A DNA stretch of 53,330 nucleotides from a virus (taxonomy: Duplodnaviria > Caudoviricetes), in the IMG/VR virus record IMGVR_UViG_3300032323_001444, positions 1 through 53,330 of that record; one strand, given 5' to 3'. The notes beneath the pieces are model-generated. The model saw only the letters and a program-made list of their open reading frames with translations, made no database searches and was not told the DNA's origin. Of the stretch, positions 7,279 to 15,346 are shown in pieces. The stretch's first letter is position 1. Every line of letters begins with the position of its first letter. The translations under genes were made by a program, and so were the position numbers.

Positions 7279-7552
7279 TCCTGTAGTCGAGCTAGTTATT
7301 GAATTAGCTGACGAAGATGCGTTGTACATCGACGGATTCGAAGAATGCTTGATTGGTATTGCAGACATCTGGCGCGATAATTCGCGCCGGGTGGTTCCTG
7401 TTTATGACCACACACTGATGGTGCAGTCGATGGTTGGCGAGGATTGTACGGCTGAAGATGCTGCCGAGTACATTGAGTTCAACATATCAGGCGCCTATGT
7501 AGGGCCTTATCAACCAATCATTATTCAGAGATTCAGGGATCTGACAGACTAA
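7253..7552 (+). CDS. Conserved acidic phage hypothetical protein
   Basis: DGFEECLIG...VYD...EYIEFNISGAYVG; GGAGG RBS before ATG 7253. Confidence 0.75.
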   Translation: MTSKTHSDNPVVELVIELADEDALYIDGFEECLIGIADIWRDNSRRVVPVYDHTLMVQSMVGEDCTAEDAAEYIEFNISGAYVGPYQPIIIQRFRDLTD

Positions 7553-7553
7553 G

Positions 7554-7581
7554 AAAGGGGAGTGAAAACTCCCCTTTTGTT
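7554..7581. terminator. Bidirectional intrinsic terminator
   Basis: AAAGGGGAGT-GAAA-ACTCCCCTTTT between convergent genes. Confidence 0.85.
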
Positions 7582-7844
7582 TATTTGATTAAGCCTAGTG
7601 ATCGGCCCTTTTTAACGGCCCTGTCCTTGGCATTCAATCCCGATACGCCTAGCTTCCAATATAGGTTATCCATATGGAATTGCACCGTACGGTGACTAAT
7701 CCCCATAGAGACGCCCATCATCTTTGCTGTGCGGTTACGCGGCAGCATCTCGAGGACTTCGAGTTCGCGTTCAGACAACGGATACTGTAACTCACTGTTA
7801 GCAGTAGCGACGTCTTTGACTTCTGTGACTTCTTGTTCTTCCAT
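7581..7844 (-). CDS. LuxR/GerE-type HTH regulator
   Basis: LSERELEVL...ISHRTVQFHMDNLYWKLGV. Confidence 0.88.
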   Translation of the reverse strand: MEEQEVTEVKDVATANSELQYPLSERELEVLEMLPRNRTAKMMGVSMGISHRTVQFHMDNLYWKLGVSGLNAKDRAVKKGRSLGLIK

Positions 7845-7846
7845 AA

Positions 7847-8464
7847 TTATTCCCATACAGTAGGGCATTGTTGTCTCAGTATGGCCTGAATGATTGTGGC
7901 AACATGCTGATGTTCGTCTTGCGCCCCTTCTTCAAGACGGCTTTCAAGATAATGGATCCAGCTGCGAAGAGTTCCATTAACATACATAGTTGTTGGAGTA
8001 CACATCGGCAGCACGTTACGAGCTGTTTCAGGTGCGACACCAAACGCAATCATCTTTTCATATGTATCAAATGCTAATGCTACGGATTCATCAGCCAGGC
8101 ACTCCATCTCTCGGAGTTCAGGGTTGTCATCGTCAACGAGTGATGATTGTCTATTAGTTGGATGCTTCAGCCTAAGCTGGATAGGCATAGGCCTATCCAC
8201 AACCGGAGAATAGCGTTGAGAGAACACTTGAAAAGCCATCGACCGATGACGCTGCATTTGCATCGCTACTGCAATTGATGTTTTGACTTCAAGGCAGGCG
8301 TTTGCCATCTCAAACACTGACCAATGCTTCTTCCGCTTGCAATACTTCAGTAGCTTGGCAAAGTCTGGGTTGTCTTGATTACTAGGATTACTAACACGCG
8401 CACAGTACGCAATGTGAGCTTCGGCGTCAGGTGTTATCCATATAAGTCTAGCTTGCATCCTCAT
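7847..8464 (-). CDS. thyX: FAD-dependent thymidylate synthase
   Basis: ARVSN, HWSVFE, RHRSMAFQVFSQRY and ARNVLP motifs. Confidence 0.95.
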   Translation of the reverse strand: MRMQARLIWITPDAEAHIAYCARVSNPSNQDNPDFAKLLKYCKRKKHWSVFEMANACLEVKTSIAVAMQMQRHRSMAFQVFSQRYSPVVDRPMPIQLRLKHPTNRQSSLVDDDNPELREMECLADESVALAFDTYEKMIAFGVAPETARNVLPMCTPTTMYVNGTLRSWIHYLESRLEEGAQDEHQHVATIIQAILRQQCPTVWE

Positions 8465-8919
8465 GCACCAGTACTCCCAAATCCACCCGCACCACGCTTG
8501 GTGTCATCGAACAATGATCCAGTCTCAATCAAAACAAGCTCTGTATCCAAAGCTGACTTGAACATAAGTTGTGCTATCCGCATATTTGGAAGGACAAAGA
8601 ATGGTTCGTCGCCATGATTGATAAGTAGTACTTTAATGGACCCACGGTAATCGCTGTCAATCAAACCTGGCGCATTCAGTACTGTAATCCCATTCTTCCA
8701 AGCCAATCCACTACGTGGCATTACGTAAGCTGCCATCGTAATAGGCATCTTAACCTTCCAGCCTGTTTCAATCAACACACGTTTTCCTGGCTGGATCGGT
8801 ATTGGTTTTTCTACACATGCATAAAGATCGTACGCAGCAGCACCCGTCGTTGCCTTTGTTGGTAACGTTGGGTGCATATTATCTAGGGGCCAGAATGTGA
8901 CCTTGATTGTTTCATCCAT
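8461..8919 (-). CDS. dut: Trimeric dUTPase
   Basis: AAYDL, PRSGLA, GLIDSDYRG, RIAQL, RGAGGFGSTG; likely leaderless start at 8919. Confidence 0.96.
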   Translation of the reverse strand: MDETIKVTFWPLDNMHPTLPTKATTGAAAYDLYACVEKPIPIQPGKRVLIETGWKVKMPITMAAYVMPRSGLAWKNGITVLNAPGLIDSDYRGSIKVLLINHGDEPFFVLPNMRIAQLMFKSALDTELVLIETGSLFDDTKRGAGGFGSTGA

Positions 8920-8983
8920 GAGTTGATTATACCTGCTTACTTGCGCGTGTTTATAGAACACATGTTTGACGTACAATCATGCC

Positions 8984-9232
8984 ATGGGCGTCACTAAGAA
9001 GATGCAGAATCCTAAAGGTGGTTTGAACTCCGCTGGCCGCGCGTACTTTAAACGCACGACTGGCGCAAACCTTAAACCACCGGCTCCGCAACCTAAGACA
9101 GCCAAGGATGCATCGCGACGTAAATCGTTCTGCGCACGTATGTCTGGTATGAAGGCAAAGCTTACATCAGCTAAGACAGCCAAGGATCCAAACAGTCGCA
9201 TTAACAAGTCGCTTAGGGCGTGGAACTGCTAA
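8984..9232 (+). CDS. Basic conserved phage protein (DUF6321-like)
   Basis: NPKGGLN...RRKSFCARM...SRINKSLRAWNC; TACAAT 6 nt before ATG 8984. Confidence 0.75.
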   Translation: MGVTKKMQNPKGGLNSAGRAYFKRTTGANLKPPAPQPKTAKDASRRKSFCARMSGMKAKLTSAKTAKDPNSRINKSLRAWNC

Positions 9233-9471
9233 TGAATAAACACTTGTTCCATAGGAACTTATACTTGCGTGACCTCCCTGGAATCGAGCGTAAGGAACAT
9301 GGACTCAAGGAGAATCCTACTAGAGCTGAACTACTTACAATGGAACAGAAAGAACATCAGCTCAAACGGAAACCGACCATGTCTCAACTCCTTAAAATGG
9401 AGAAGGTAGAACATGAACGGGATGGGAAGATAATCATCGGTCGTGGTCACGAAGGAAGGGCGAGAAAATGA
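9232..9471 (+). CDS. Small protein with three 19-aa ExxEH repeats
   Basis: TAATG overlap; ERKEH / EQKEH / EKVEH. Confidence 0.7.
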   Translation: MNKHLFHRNLYLRDLPGIERKEHGLKENPTRAELLTMEQKEHQLKRKPTMSQLLKMEKVEHERDGKIIIGRGHEGRARK

Positions 9472-9599
9472 AGAAGAGTATGCCAGAGATGTTTGGTAAG
9501 AAGACGACGGGCAAGAAAAGCATGTCTGACATGATGGGTATCAAGAAAGCTCACCCATCTGGTTGTAAGTGTGCAAATTGCAAGAAGGGCAAGTGCTAA
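9468..9599 (+). CDS. 43-aa Lys/Met-rich peptide with Cys-rich tail (HPSGCKCANCKKGKC), below ORF-track cutoff
   Basis: ATGA overlap; fills the gap up to 9603. Confidence 0.7.
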   Translation: MKKSMPEMFGKKTTGKKSMSDMMGIKKAHPSGCKCANCKKGKC

Positions 9600-9602
9600 G
9601 CC

Positions 9603-10469
9603 ATGCCTGGGCGCGCACCAGCGGGTGTACCAATAACTACTCTGTTTCTTAGGCCTGTTGATACTGCCGGTAGAAATCAGTACGCGTTAGATATGTTAGC
9701 CCGTAAGTACAGAAAAGCGAAACGTGGAGACGCGGAGGAAATATCGCGTTTACAGTCCCGCCAAAATCGCGAGAAACAAGATGCTAATCGTAACGACCCA
9801 CGTAACATTGGCACGGGTGGTAGACGTTCTTCAGGATCTGTAACAACCAATACTGATTCTGAAGTTCAACGTTTTCAGTCCCGTCAAAATCGCGAGAAAC
9901 AGGAATCTAATCGTAACGATCCACGTAATACAGGCGGTAAAGGTAAAACCTCTACTGCAAGCGTAACCGCGCCCAAGTATGACAAAGCTACTAAGTTTGC
10001 TATTGGCTTGACAAGTATGGGTCAAGCGATGAGCGATTACAAGAAGTTAAACTCAATCAAAGCAAGTTCTCCTCCAAAGGCGGCAGAGAAAGTGAAGACC
10101 GATGGGTCTGCTTTGTCGTCAATGAAAGAGGACATGAAGACAAGTGCTAAAGTTGTTCGAGGCGGTCGCGACTACATGGGTGAAACTTTTGATGCAACAC
10201 TGCGACGCGGTGTATCAAAGGGACGAGATTACCTAAAGTCACAAATGGCTAAGGATAATGTATCTGACAAGGAACAGAAGGCAATGCTTGGTCGATTCGA
10301 AGCTAAATTTGCTAAAGATCAGGCTCTTACTTCTAAGGAAGATGGTCTTGTTGCTGGATACGAAAAGGGCGGCGATGCAAAGAGATTGCTTGACGCTTAT
10401 CGTAAAAAAGGCGGCTACCGTAAAAACGCTACAGCTTCCGAAGTTGCTAGTTTAGCGAGGGGTAAATAA
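9603..10469 (+). CDS. Basic protein with internal duplication; C-terminal domain paralogous to 10471-11454
   Basis: 60-nt repeat at 9747-9806 and 9870-9929; YMGETFDAT motif. Confidence 0.8.
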   Translation: MPGRAPAGVPITTLFLRPVDTAGRNQYALDMLARKYRKAKRGDAEEISRLQSRQNREKQDANRNDPRNIGTGGRRSSGSVTTNTDSEVQRFQSRQNREKQESNRNDPRNTGGKGKTSTASVTAPKYDKATKFAIGLTSMGQAMSDYKKLNSIKASSPPKAAEKVKTDGSALSSMKEDMKTSAKVVRGGRDYMGETFDATLRRGVSKGRDYLKSQMAKDNVSDKEQKAMLGRFEAKFAKDQALTSKEDGLVAGYEKGGDAKRLLDAYRKKGGYRKNATASEVASLARGK

Positions 10470-10470
10470 T

Positions 10471-11454
10471 ATGGACGGCTTCGATGACTTCTTAGGTGCT
10501 GTGCGCGGCTCAGTTGAAGCTGTTCGCAGAAATGCTGATCGCGCAAGAATTTTAGCTGCTGCTCGTCGTCAAGGTGCCGCACGTCGTTCAGCAGAACGTC
10601 GAGCTGATACTAATCTTAATGCAGCACGTCGGCAAGGCGCAGCACGAAGCGCAGCAGAACGTGGTGCGCGCACACAACTGGCTAATACAGTTCGTATTGG
10701 CCAAGAGCGAAATGCAGAACGCGCAGGCCGTGTAGCAGCTGAATTAGCTCGTGATTCGGCGACGCGTATTGCAGAAACCAATAAAGGACGCGCCGCTAAA
10801 GTACTTAAACTAGCCGGTAAGCTTAAGGTCGGCAATAAGAAATTACGTCGCGGACTTATTTTTGGCGTACCTGCCGCTGGTATTGTAGCTGGAGCAGCTG
10901 GGTTTGCCGGAGGTTATGTCAAGGGCAAAAAGGATGCACCAACTAAGGTCATTAGCCCACCATATGAGGATATAAAACGGCCTGGAGTAAATGCTCCAAG
11001 TTTTCGAGGAGCAGACACTGACGGATTGATCGCTGGTGGATCTTCTCCATCTTCAGCTGTGGGTGGTGGCGGAGGTGGCTACCGTGGTGGTCAGTCGTCA
11101 ATGACAGACACCATGAAGCGTAATCAGCGAGCCGTACGAGACGCTAAGTCTTATCTAGGCGAAGCGTTTGACGCTACCGTACAAAAGGGTGTTGCGACTG
11201 GACGTAAACATCTCGCTGCTATGCTTCAACGCGACGGTGTAGATAGCGACACTGGAATGCGACTAATGAAGCGTTATGACAAAGAGATTGGTAGCCAGGA
11301 ATCACTAAAGGGTTACAAGACTAGCGGAGTAACTGAAGAGTTTGACGCAGAGAATCCTAACAAGCGTGGCGCTCTGTTGTCTGCATATCGTGGTAAGTAC
11401 GCTAGTGGTACTACACTTCAGCAGATGAGGGAGAAGGCTAGTGCCTCAAGATAA
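10471..11454 (+). CDS. Arg/Ala-rich protein with hydrophobic segment; paralogous C-terminal domain
   Basis: AARRQGAAR twice; YLGEAFDAT motif. Confidence 0.8.
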   Translation: MDGFDDFLGAVRGSVEAVRRNADRARILAAARRQGAARRSAERRADTNLNAARRQGAARSAAERGARTQLANTVRIGQERNAERAGRVAAELARDSATRIAETNKGRAAKVLKLAGKLKVGNKKLRRGLIFGVPAAGIVAGAAGFAGGYVKGKKDAPTKVISPPYEDIKRPGVNAPSFRGADTDGLIAGGSSPSSAVGGGGGGYRGGQSSMTDTMKRNQRAVRDAKSYLGEAFDATVQKGVATGRKHLAAMLQRDGVDSDTGMRLMKRYDKEIGSQESLKGYKTSGVTEEFDAENPNKRGALLSAYRGKYASGTTLQQMREKASASR

Positions 11455-12478
11455 CCTTCTTGGTCAACTACTAGGCTTGCCTGGTCAAATTGCGCAAGGT
11501 ATGTATGACGATGCGCGAGATGACGTAAGAGGTTTCGTAAAAGGTATCAATCCCGGCTACATTGGAGCTGGGATTGGTGCTGGGTTAGCTCAATCTGGCA
11601 TAGAAGGTGGAAAGGCTCTTGTACGCGGTATTACTGGCGGTAGATACGCTAAAGCTGCTGCTGACATTGTGCCTAAGATGGCCCGATCAAAAGGCGTCAT
11701 GCAAACCATTGGCAACGCTGGTAAGTTTGTTGGCGATTCAGCAAAGTTTGCCGGCAATCAGCTAGGTCGTATCGGGCCTGTAGCTCAAATTGTTGCTGGT
11801 GAGATACTTAATCCACGTCCTGCTGATATGAGTGCTGAATACGAAAAGATGTTATTTAACGTCACGGAACCTCTTTCAAAATGGCAAGCTGAATATAGAA
11901 AACGCGGTGAAGCGTTTGATCCTAATTTTGAAAAACTTCATAACCTAATGCAGCCATTGAAGACGATGAAGTTTAATGGTGGCTACATTGATAGGAATAT
12001 TTTAAACACTATCTATAAAGAACTTTACAATGATCCATCTATGGACATTAAGTCGTTTATGGACAAAGCATTCGTCGAAAAGAAGCCAGGCTTTAACGCA
12101 GGTAAACTGCAAGACTGGAAGCGTGTTCTTGATAACCCAGATGAATTGGATCAACCACGGATTACTCTTCCTGTGCTTAAATCGCAGCGTACAGATGAAG
12201 AACGTGGCATGGCATTACCTCAAGACAGATATGCACCTATGCCACAAATTGCACCTAATTACAGCCAGATAGATAGCGTTCGTGATCTGACTGCAATGGC
12301 AGGCGCACGCGGTAGGGCGAATACCTTGACAAAAGGTATACCAAATCGTTTTACACGTACACAGGGTGGATTGAATGCAGCACGACAGGCGGTATACGGA
12401 AAGCCTGCTGGAGCAACAGGTGGCAAGGCGAAGACATTATTCGCGCGTGCGACCAGAGCGATCAAGAAAAACTTTTAG
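11441..12478 (+). CDS. Hypothetical protein (Gly-rich N-terminus)
   Basis: 345-aa ORF in the same operon; GTG start with GGAGAAGG upstream. Confidence 0.75.
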   Translation: MPQDNLLGQLLGLPGQIAQGMYDDARDDVRGFVKGINPGYIGAGIGAGLAQSGIEGGKALVRGITGGRYAKAAADIVPKMARSKGVMQTIGNAGKFVGDSAKFAGNQLGRIGPVAQIVAGEILNPRPADMSAEYEKMLFNVTEPLSKWQAEYRKRGEAFDPNFEKLHNLMQPLKTMKFNGGYIDRNILNTIYKELYNDPSMDIKSFMDKAFVEKKPGFNAGKLQDWKRVLDNPDELDQPRITLPVLKSQRTDEERGMALPQDRYAPMPQIAPNYSQIDSVRDLTAMAGARGRANTLTKGIPNRFTRTQGGLNAARQAVYGKPAGATGGKAKTLFARATRAIKKNF

Positions 12479-12694
12479 TACATCGTCCGCAGCAGTGTGG
12501 TCTTTAGTCACATCGTAGACTAGGTACCACACTGCTTTTTGTATGTCATCTAGTTTAGATTCCTGACTCTTCTTCCCAGCTCGTTGAATATACTTCAGTG
12601 ACATGGTTAGCCACCGGCTAAGGTCCCATGCGTCTGCAACCGTGCATGTATCAATAGATGTTTGCCGGTAATGGTCTGGTGCTGTTTTATTCAT
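12437..12694 (-). CDS. DUF3310 family protein (T7 gp1.7 nucleotide-kinase-like domain)
   Basis: PDHY...LKYIQRAGKK...DIQKAVWYL. Confidence 0.8.
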   Translation of the reverse strand: MNKTAPDHYRQTSIDTCTVADAWDLSRWLTMSLKYIQRAGKKSQESKLDDIQKAVWYLVYDVTKDHTAADDVLKVFLDRSGRTRE

Positions 12695-12700
12695 CGGTCC

Positions 12701-12717
12701 AGTATACTTGCAAGTAT
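12701..12717. promoter_or_regulatory. Palindromic bidirectional -10 element
   Basis: AGTATACT gives TATACT on both strands; overlapping 14-bp palindrome ATACTTGCAAGTAT. Confidence 0.6.
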
Positions 12718-13507
12718 GTTCGACTCAAAAGGTGTTGATGACCCATTTTTCATAGAGAAAGATGACGGCCTATATCGGAAAACTGGAAACGGTTACGCTA
12801 AGTGCTGCACTGCCATCATCCGAGATGGTGACGTAAATCGTCATTGTAAAAACGTAGCGTTACGCGGTAAGGAATACTGTTCACATCATGGGTCAACTCA
12901 CCTTAAAAAGTCAGAGAAACCACAGTACCTTCAACACATATTCCAGAAAGAACGCAACAGATTTAAACGTGTAGGCACAGAACTACTTGCGAAAGTTGAT
13001 AACTATCGAGACGATCCAGACTTATTCAGTTTGCGTGATGACACAGCCTACGTCACGGCGCTAGTTGACGTTAGGGCTGAAGCAGCTGCTGAAGGTGTGG
13101 GTTTAGAACAATACCGTAAGATTGAGTCTGCTTATCACCTTGCAAAATCTAAGTTAGGTTCCCCTGACTTTATAGATGCGTTTGAGCAGATTGGTGATTT
13201 ACTTAACGAGCGCATGAACGAGTACGATGCAAGTAAGGATGTACTCGAACTTATTAGTCGTCGCGCGGCATTAGTTGAATCAGAACAACGCATGATGCAG
13301 ACAAAGGCGTATACAATTGAAGCTGACCAGGCACTCATGCTTGTGATGCAAATTGTTGAAGTTGTTAAATCATCTATTCGCGATCAGGAAGAGTTAATTG
13401 CAATTCGAAGCGGTATCAATAAACTTCTACGGATGTATACATCTGGAGATGAAGACATACAGGAAGCGGAAGTAGTAGAAACAAATGGCATTCCCGAAAG
13501 TACCTAA
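12716..13507 (+). CDS. Putative terminase small subunit with N-terminal Zn-finger-like motif
   Basis: CxA...CKN...YCSHHG motif, helical body, immediately upstream of and overlapping TerL. Confidence 0.65.
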   Translation: MFDSKGVDDPFFIEKDDGLYRKTGNGYAKCCTAIIRDGDVNRHCKNVALRGKEYCSHHGSTHLKKSEKPQYLQHIFQKERNRFKRVGTELLAKVDNYRDDPDLFSLRDDTAYVTALVDVRAEAAAEGVGLEQYRKIESAYHLAKSKLGSPDFIDAFEQIGDLLNERMNEYDASKDVLELISRRAALVESEQRMMQTKAYTIEADQALMLVMQIVEVVKSSIRDQEELIAIRSGINKLLRMYTSGDEDIQEAEVVETNGIPEST

Positions 13508-15206
13508 GGAGTTTAAACAGTTCACGCGTAGTGATAAGCCATTGTCTGTCGCATTACTTGAAGCATTAGACGCACAGATTTCAGATGTCATAAAGACTGG
13601 TGACTACGACAGTGGGCGCGCATTCGCTATAGATGGAGCCAAATTGGATTACAGCACATGGTTGAGAACATATGCTCCACACGCTATGTCATCGTCTCTT
13701 GGTGAACATCACAAGCGCGCGTGGGATTGGGCTGAGGGTATAACGCCTGGAGTCGCTCCGCCAGCATTGATCGAGTGCTGGTTTCGTGGTGGTGGCAAGT
13801 CTACTACCATGGAGCATATTGCTGCTCGCATCGCTGTAAAAGGTACTCGCCGTTTTCTCCTATACGTCTGTTCAACACAAGAAGCTGCCGACCGCCACGT
13901 ATCAGATATTGGCCACACGATGGAGCGTTGTGGAATTGAAAGAGCGCTTAATAAGTATGGTTTTTCAAAGGGATGGAATGCTTCGAAACTTCGGACCGCT
14001 AACGGATTTAACGTGTTGGCGTTTGGGCTGGATACTGGCGCTCGCGGTGTCAAGCTCGATCACTTGCGTCCTGATTTCATCATTCTTGACGACATTGATG
14101 AACTTGATGACAGTGTTAATCGTGTTGATAAGAAGATCTCTACGATAACACAGACTATTCTTCCGGCTAAAAGTACAGACTGCGCAATCGTATTTGTTCA
14201 GAACAAGATTCATGCAAACAGTGTTATGGCCCAGGTTCTATCTGGTGAGTTGGACATGCTCCAGTATCGCGTTCAATCTCCTATTGTCCCTGCTGTCAAA
14301 GGTCTTACATACGAACCGTTTGAACGCGAGGATGGTCGTACTGGTTACAGGATTACAGGTGGAACAAACACATGGTCTCACAAAAGTATGGAAGTTTGTC
14401 AACGTGAAATCGATGACTATGGCATCATTTCGTTTTTACGTGAATGCCAGCATGAAGTAGGTGTTGGTGGTAGATTCTTCCCAGAATTCCAGGAGTACGA
14501 TACGTCTGGTAAACCATGGCACGTTGTCGATCACGTTCAGGTGCAACCATGGTGGCGTGTATGGGCATCCCATGACTTTGGTACTGGAGCGCCGGCTGCC
14601 ACATTATTGTACGCATCGGACGAGAATGAAGACATCTATGTCATTGGTGAGATATACGAAGCTGGCCGGGTAAGTTCTAAGCAAGCCGAAGATACGTTAC
14701 AGTTACTCAAAGAGCGTGGATATGCAGCCCCTGTCAATAAAGACAAGCCTGACGGGCCTTGGTTGACGAAGCTTGAGGCTATTGCTTTCGACTGGGCAAA
14801 CACTTTTCCTCCGAAGAATCACGAGCAGCGCATCGGTGAATATCCTGTCGAGGTTTGGTGGCGCCGTGGACTTCCAGCTGTTGCTGCCGTTAAAGATCGT
14901 AAAGCTGGATGGAGACGATTGAAAGAATGGTTAGCGGCAGTGCGCGTGAAGGACGGCCAGCACAATCCACGTTTTAAGATTGTGCGACGCGCATGTCCTA
15001 ACTTGATTCGAGAACTAACCGCAGCAATGGCAGATCCAAAAGATCCGGAAGATCTCGATAGTGGGACAAAGTCCGACCACGCCTTGGACTCATGTCGTTA
15101 TGGTGTTATGTGGCGTGAATATCCTGTCACTTGTCCAGAGACACAAGGTAAGACTCCCTGGAAACCAATATGGATGCAGGACAACAATGAGGACAAGTTC
15201 GTATGA
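13485..15206 (+). CDS. terL: Terminase large subunit
   Basis: Walker A FRGGGKST, Walker B IILDD, nuclease HDFG and DHALDSCRY. Confidence 0.95.
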   Translation: MAFPKVPKEFKQFTRSDKPLSVALLEALDAQISDVIKTGDYDSGRAFAIDGAKLDYSTWLRTYAPHAMSSSLGEHHKRAWDWAEGITPGVAPPALIECWFRGGGKSTTMEHIAARIAVKGTRRFLLYVCSTQEAADRHVSDIGHTMERCGIERALNKYGFSKGWNASKLRTANGFNVLAFGLDTGARGVKLDHLRPDFIILDDIDELDDSVNRVDKKISTITQTILPAKSTDCAIVFVQNKIHANSVMAQVLSGELDMLQYRVQSPIVPAVKGLTYEPFEREDGRTGYRITGGTNTWSHKSMEVCQREIDDYGIISFLRECQHEVGVGGRFFPEFQEYDTSGKPWHVVDHVQVQPWWRVWASHDFGTGAPAATLLYASDENEDIYVIGEIYEAGRVSSKQAEDTLQLLKERGYAAPVNKDKPDGPWLTKLEAIAFDWANTFPPKNHEQRIGEYPVEVWWRRGLPAVAAVKDRKAGWRRLKEWLAAVRVKDGQHNPRFKIVRRACPNLIRELTAAMADPKDPEDLDSGTKSDHALDSCRYGVMWREYPVTCPETQGKTPWKPIWMQDNNEDKFV

Positions 15207-15346
15207 GTGCGTTTGATATCATCCAAAGTATATTGATGTTAATTACGGCTATTTTTACTGGATTGACTTGGCGTGAATTACACACGATTCGCAAGCGCCA
15301 GGAAGTACATGTTGAATACCATCGCACTAAGGATTACTACATCTGA
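15203..15346 (+). CDS. 47-aa peptide with N-terminal TM segment (MSAFDIIQSILMLITAIFTGLTW...)
   Basis: ATGA and TGATG overlaps on both sides fill the terL-portal gap exactly. Confidence 0.7.
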   Translation: MSAFDIIQSILMLITAIFTGLTWRELHTIRKRQEVHVEYHRTKDYYI

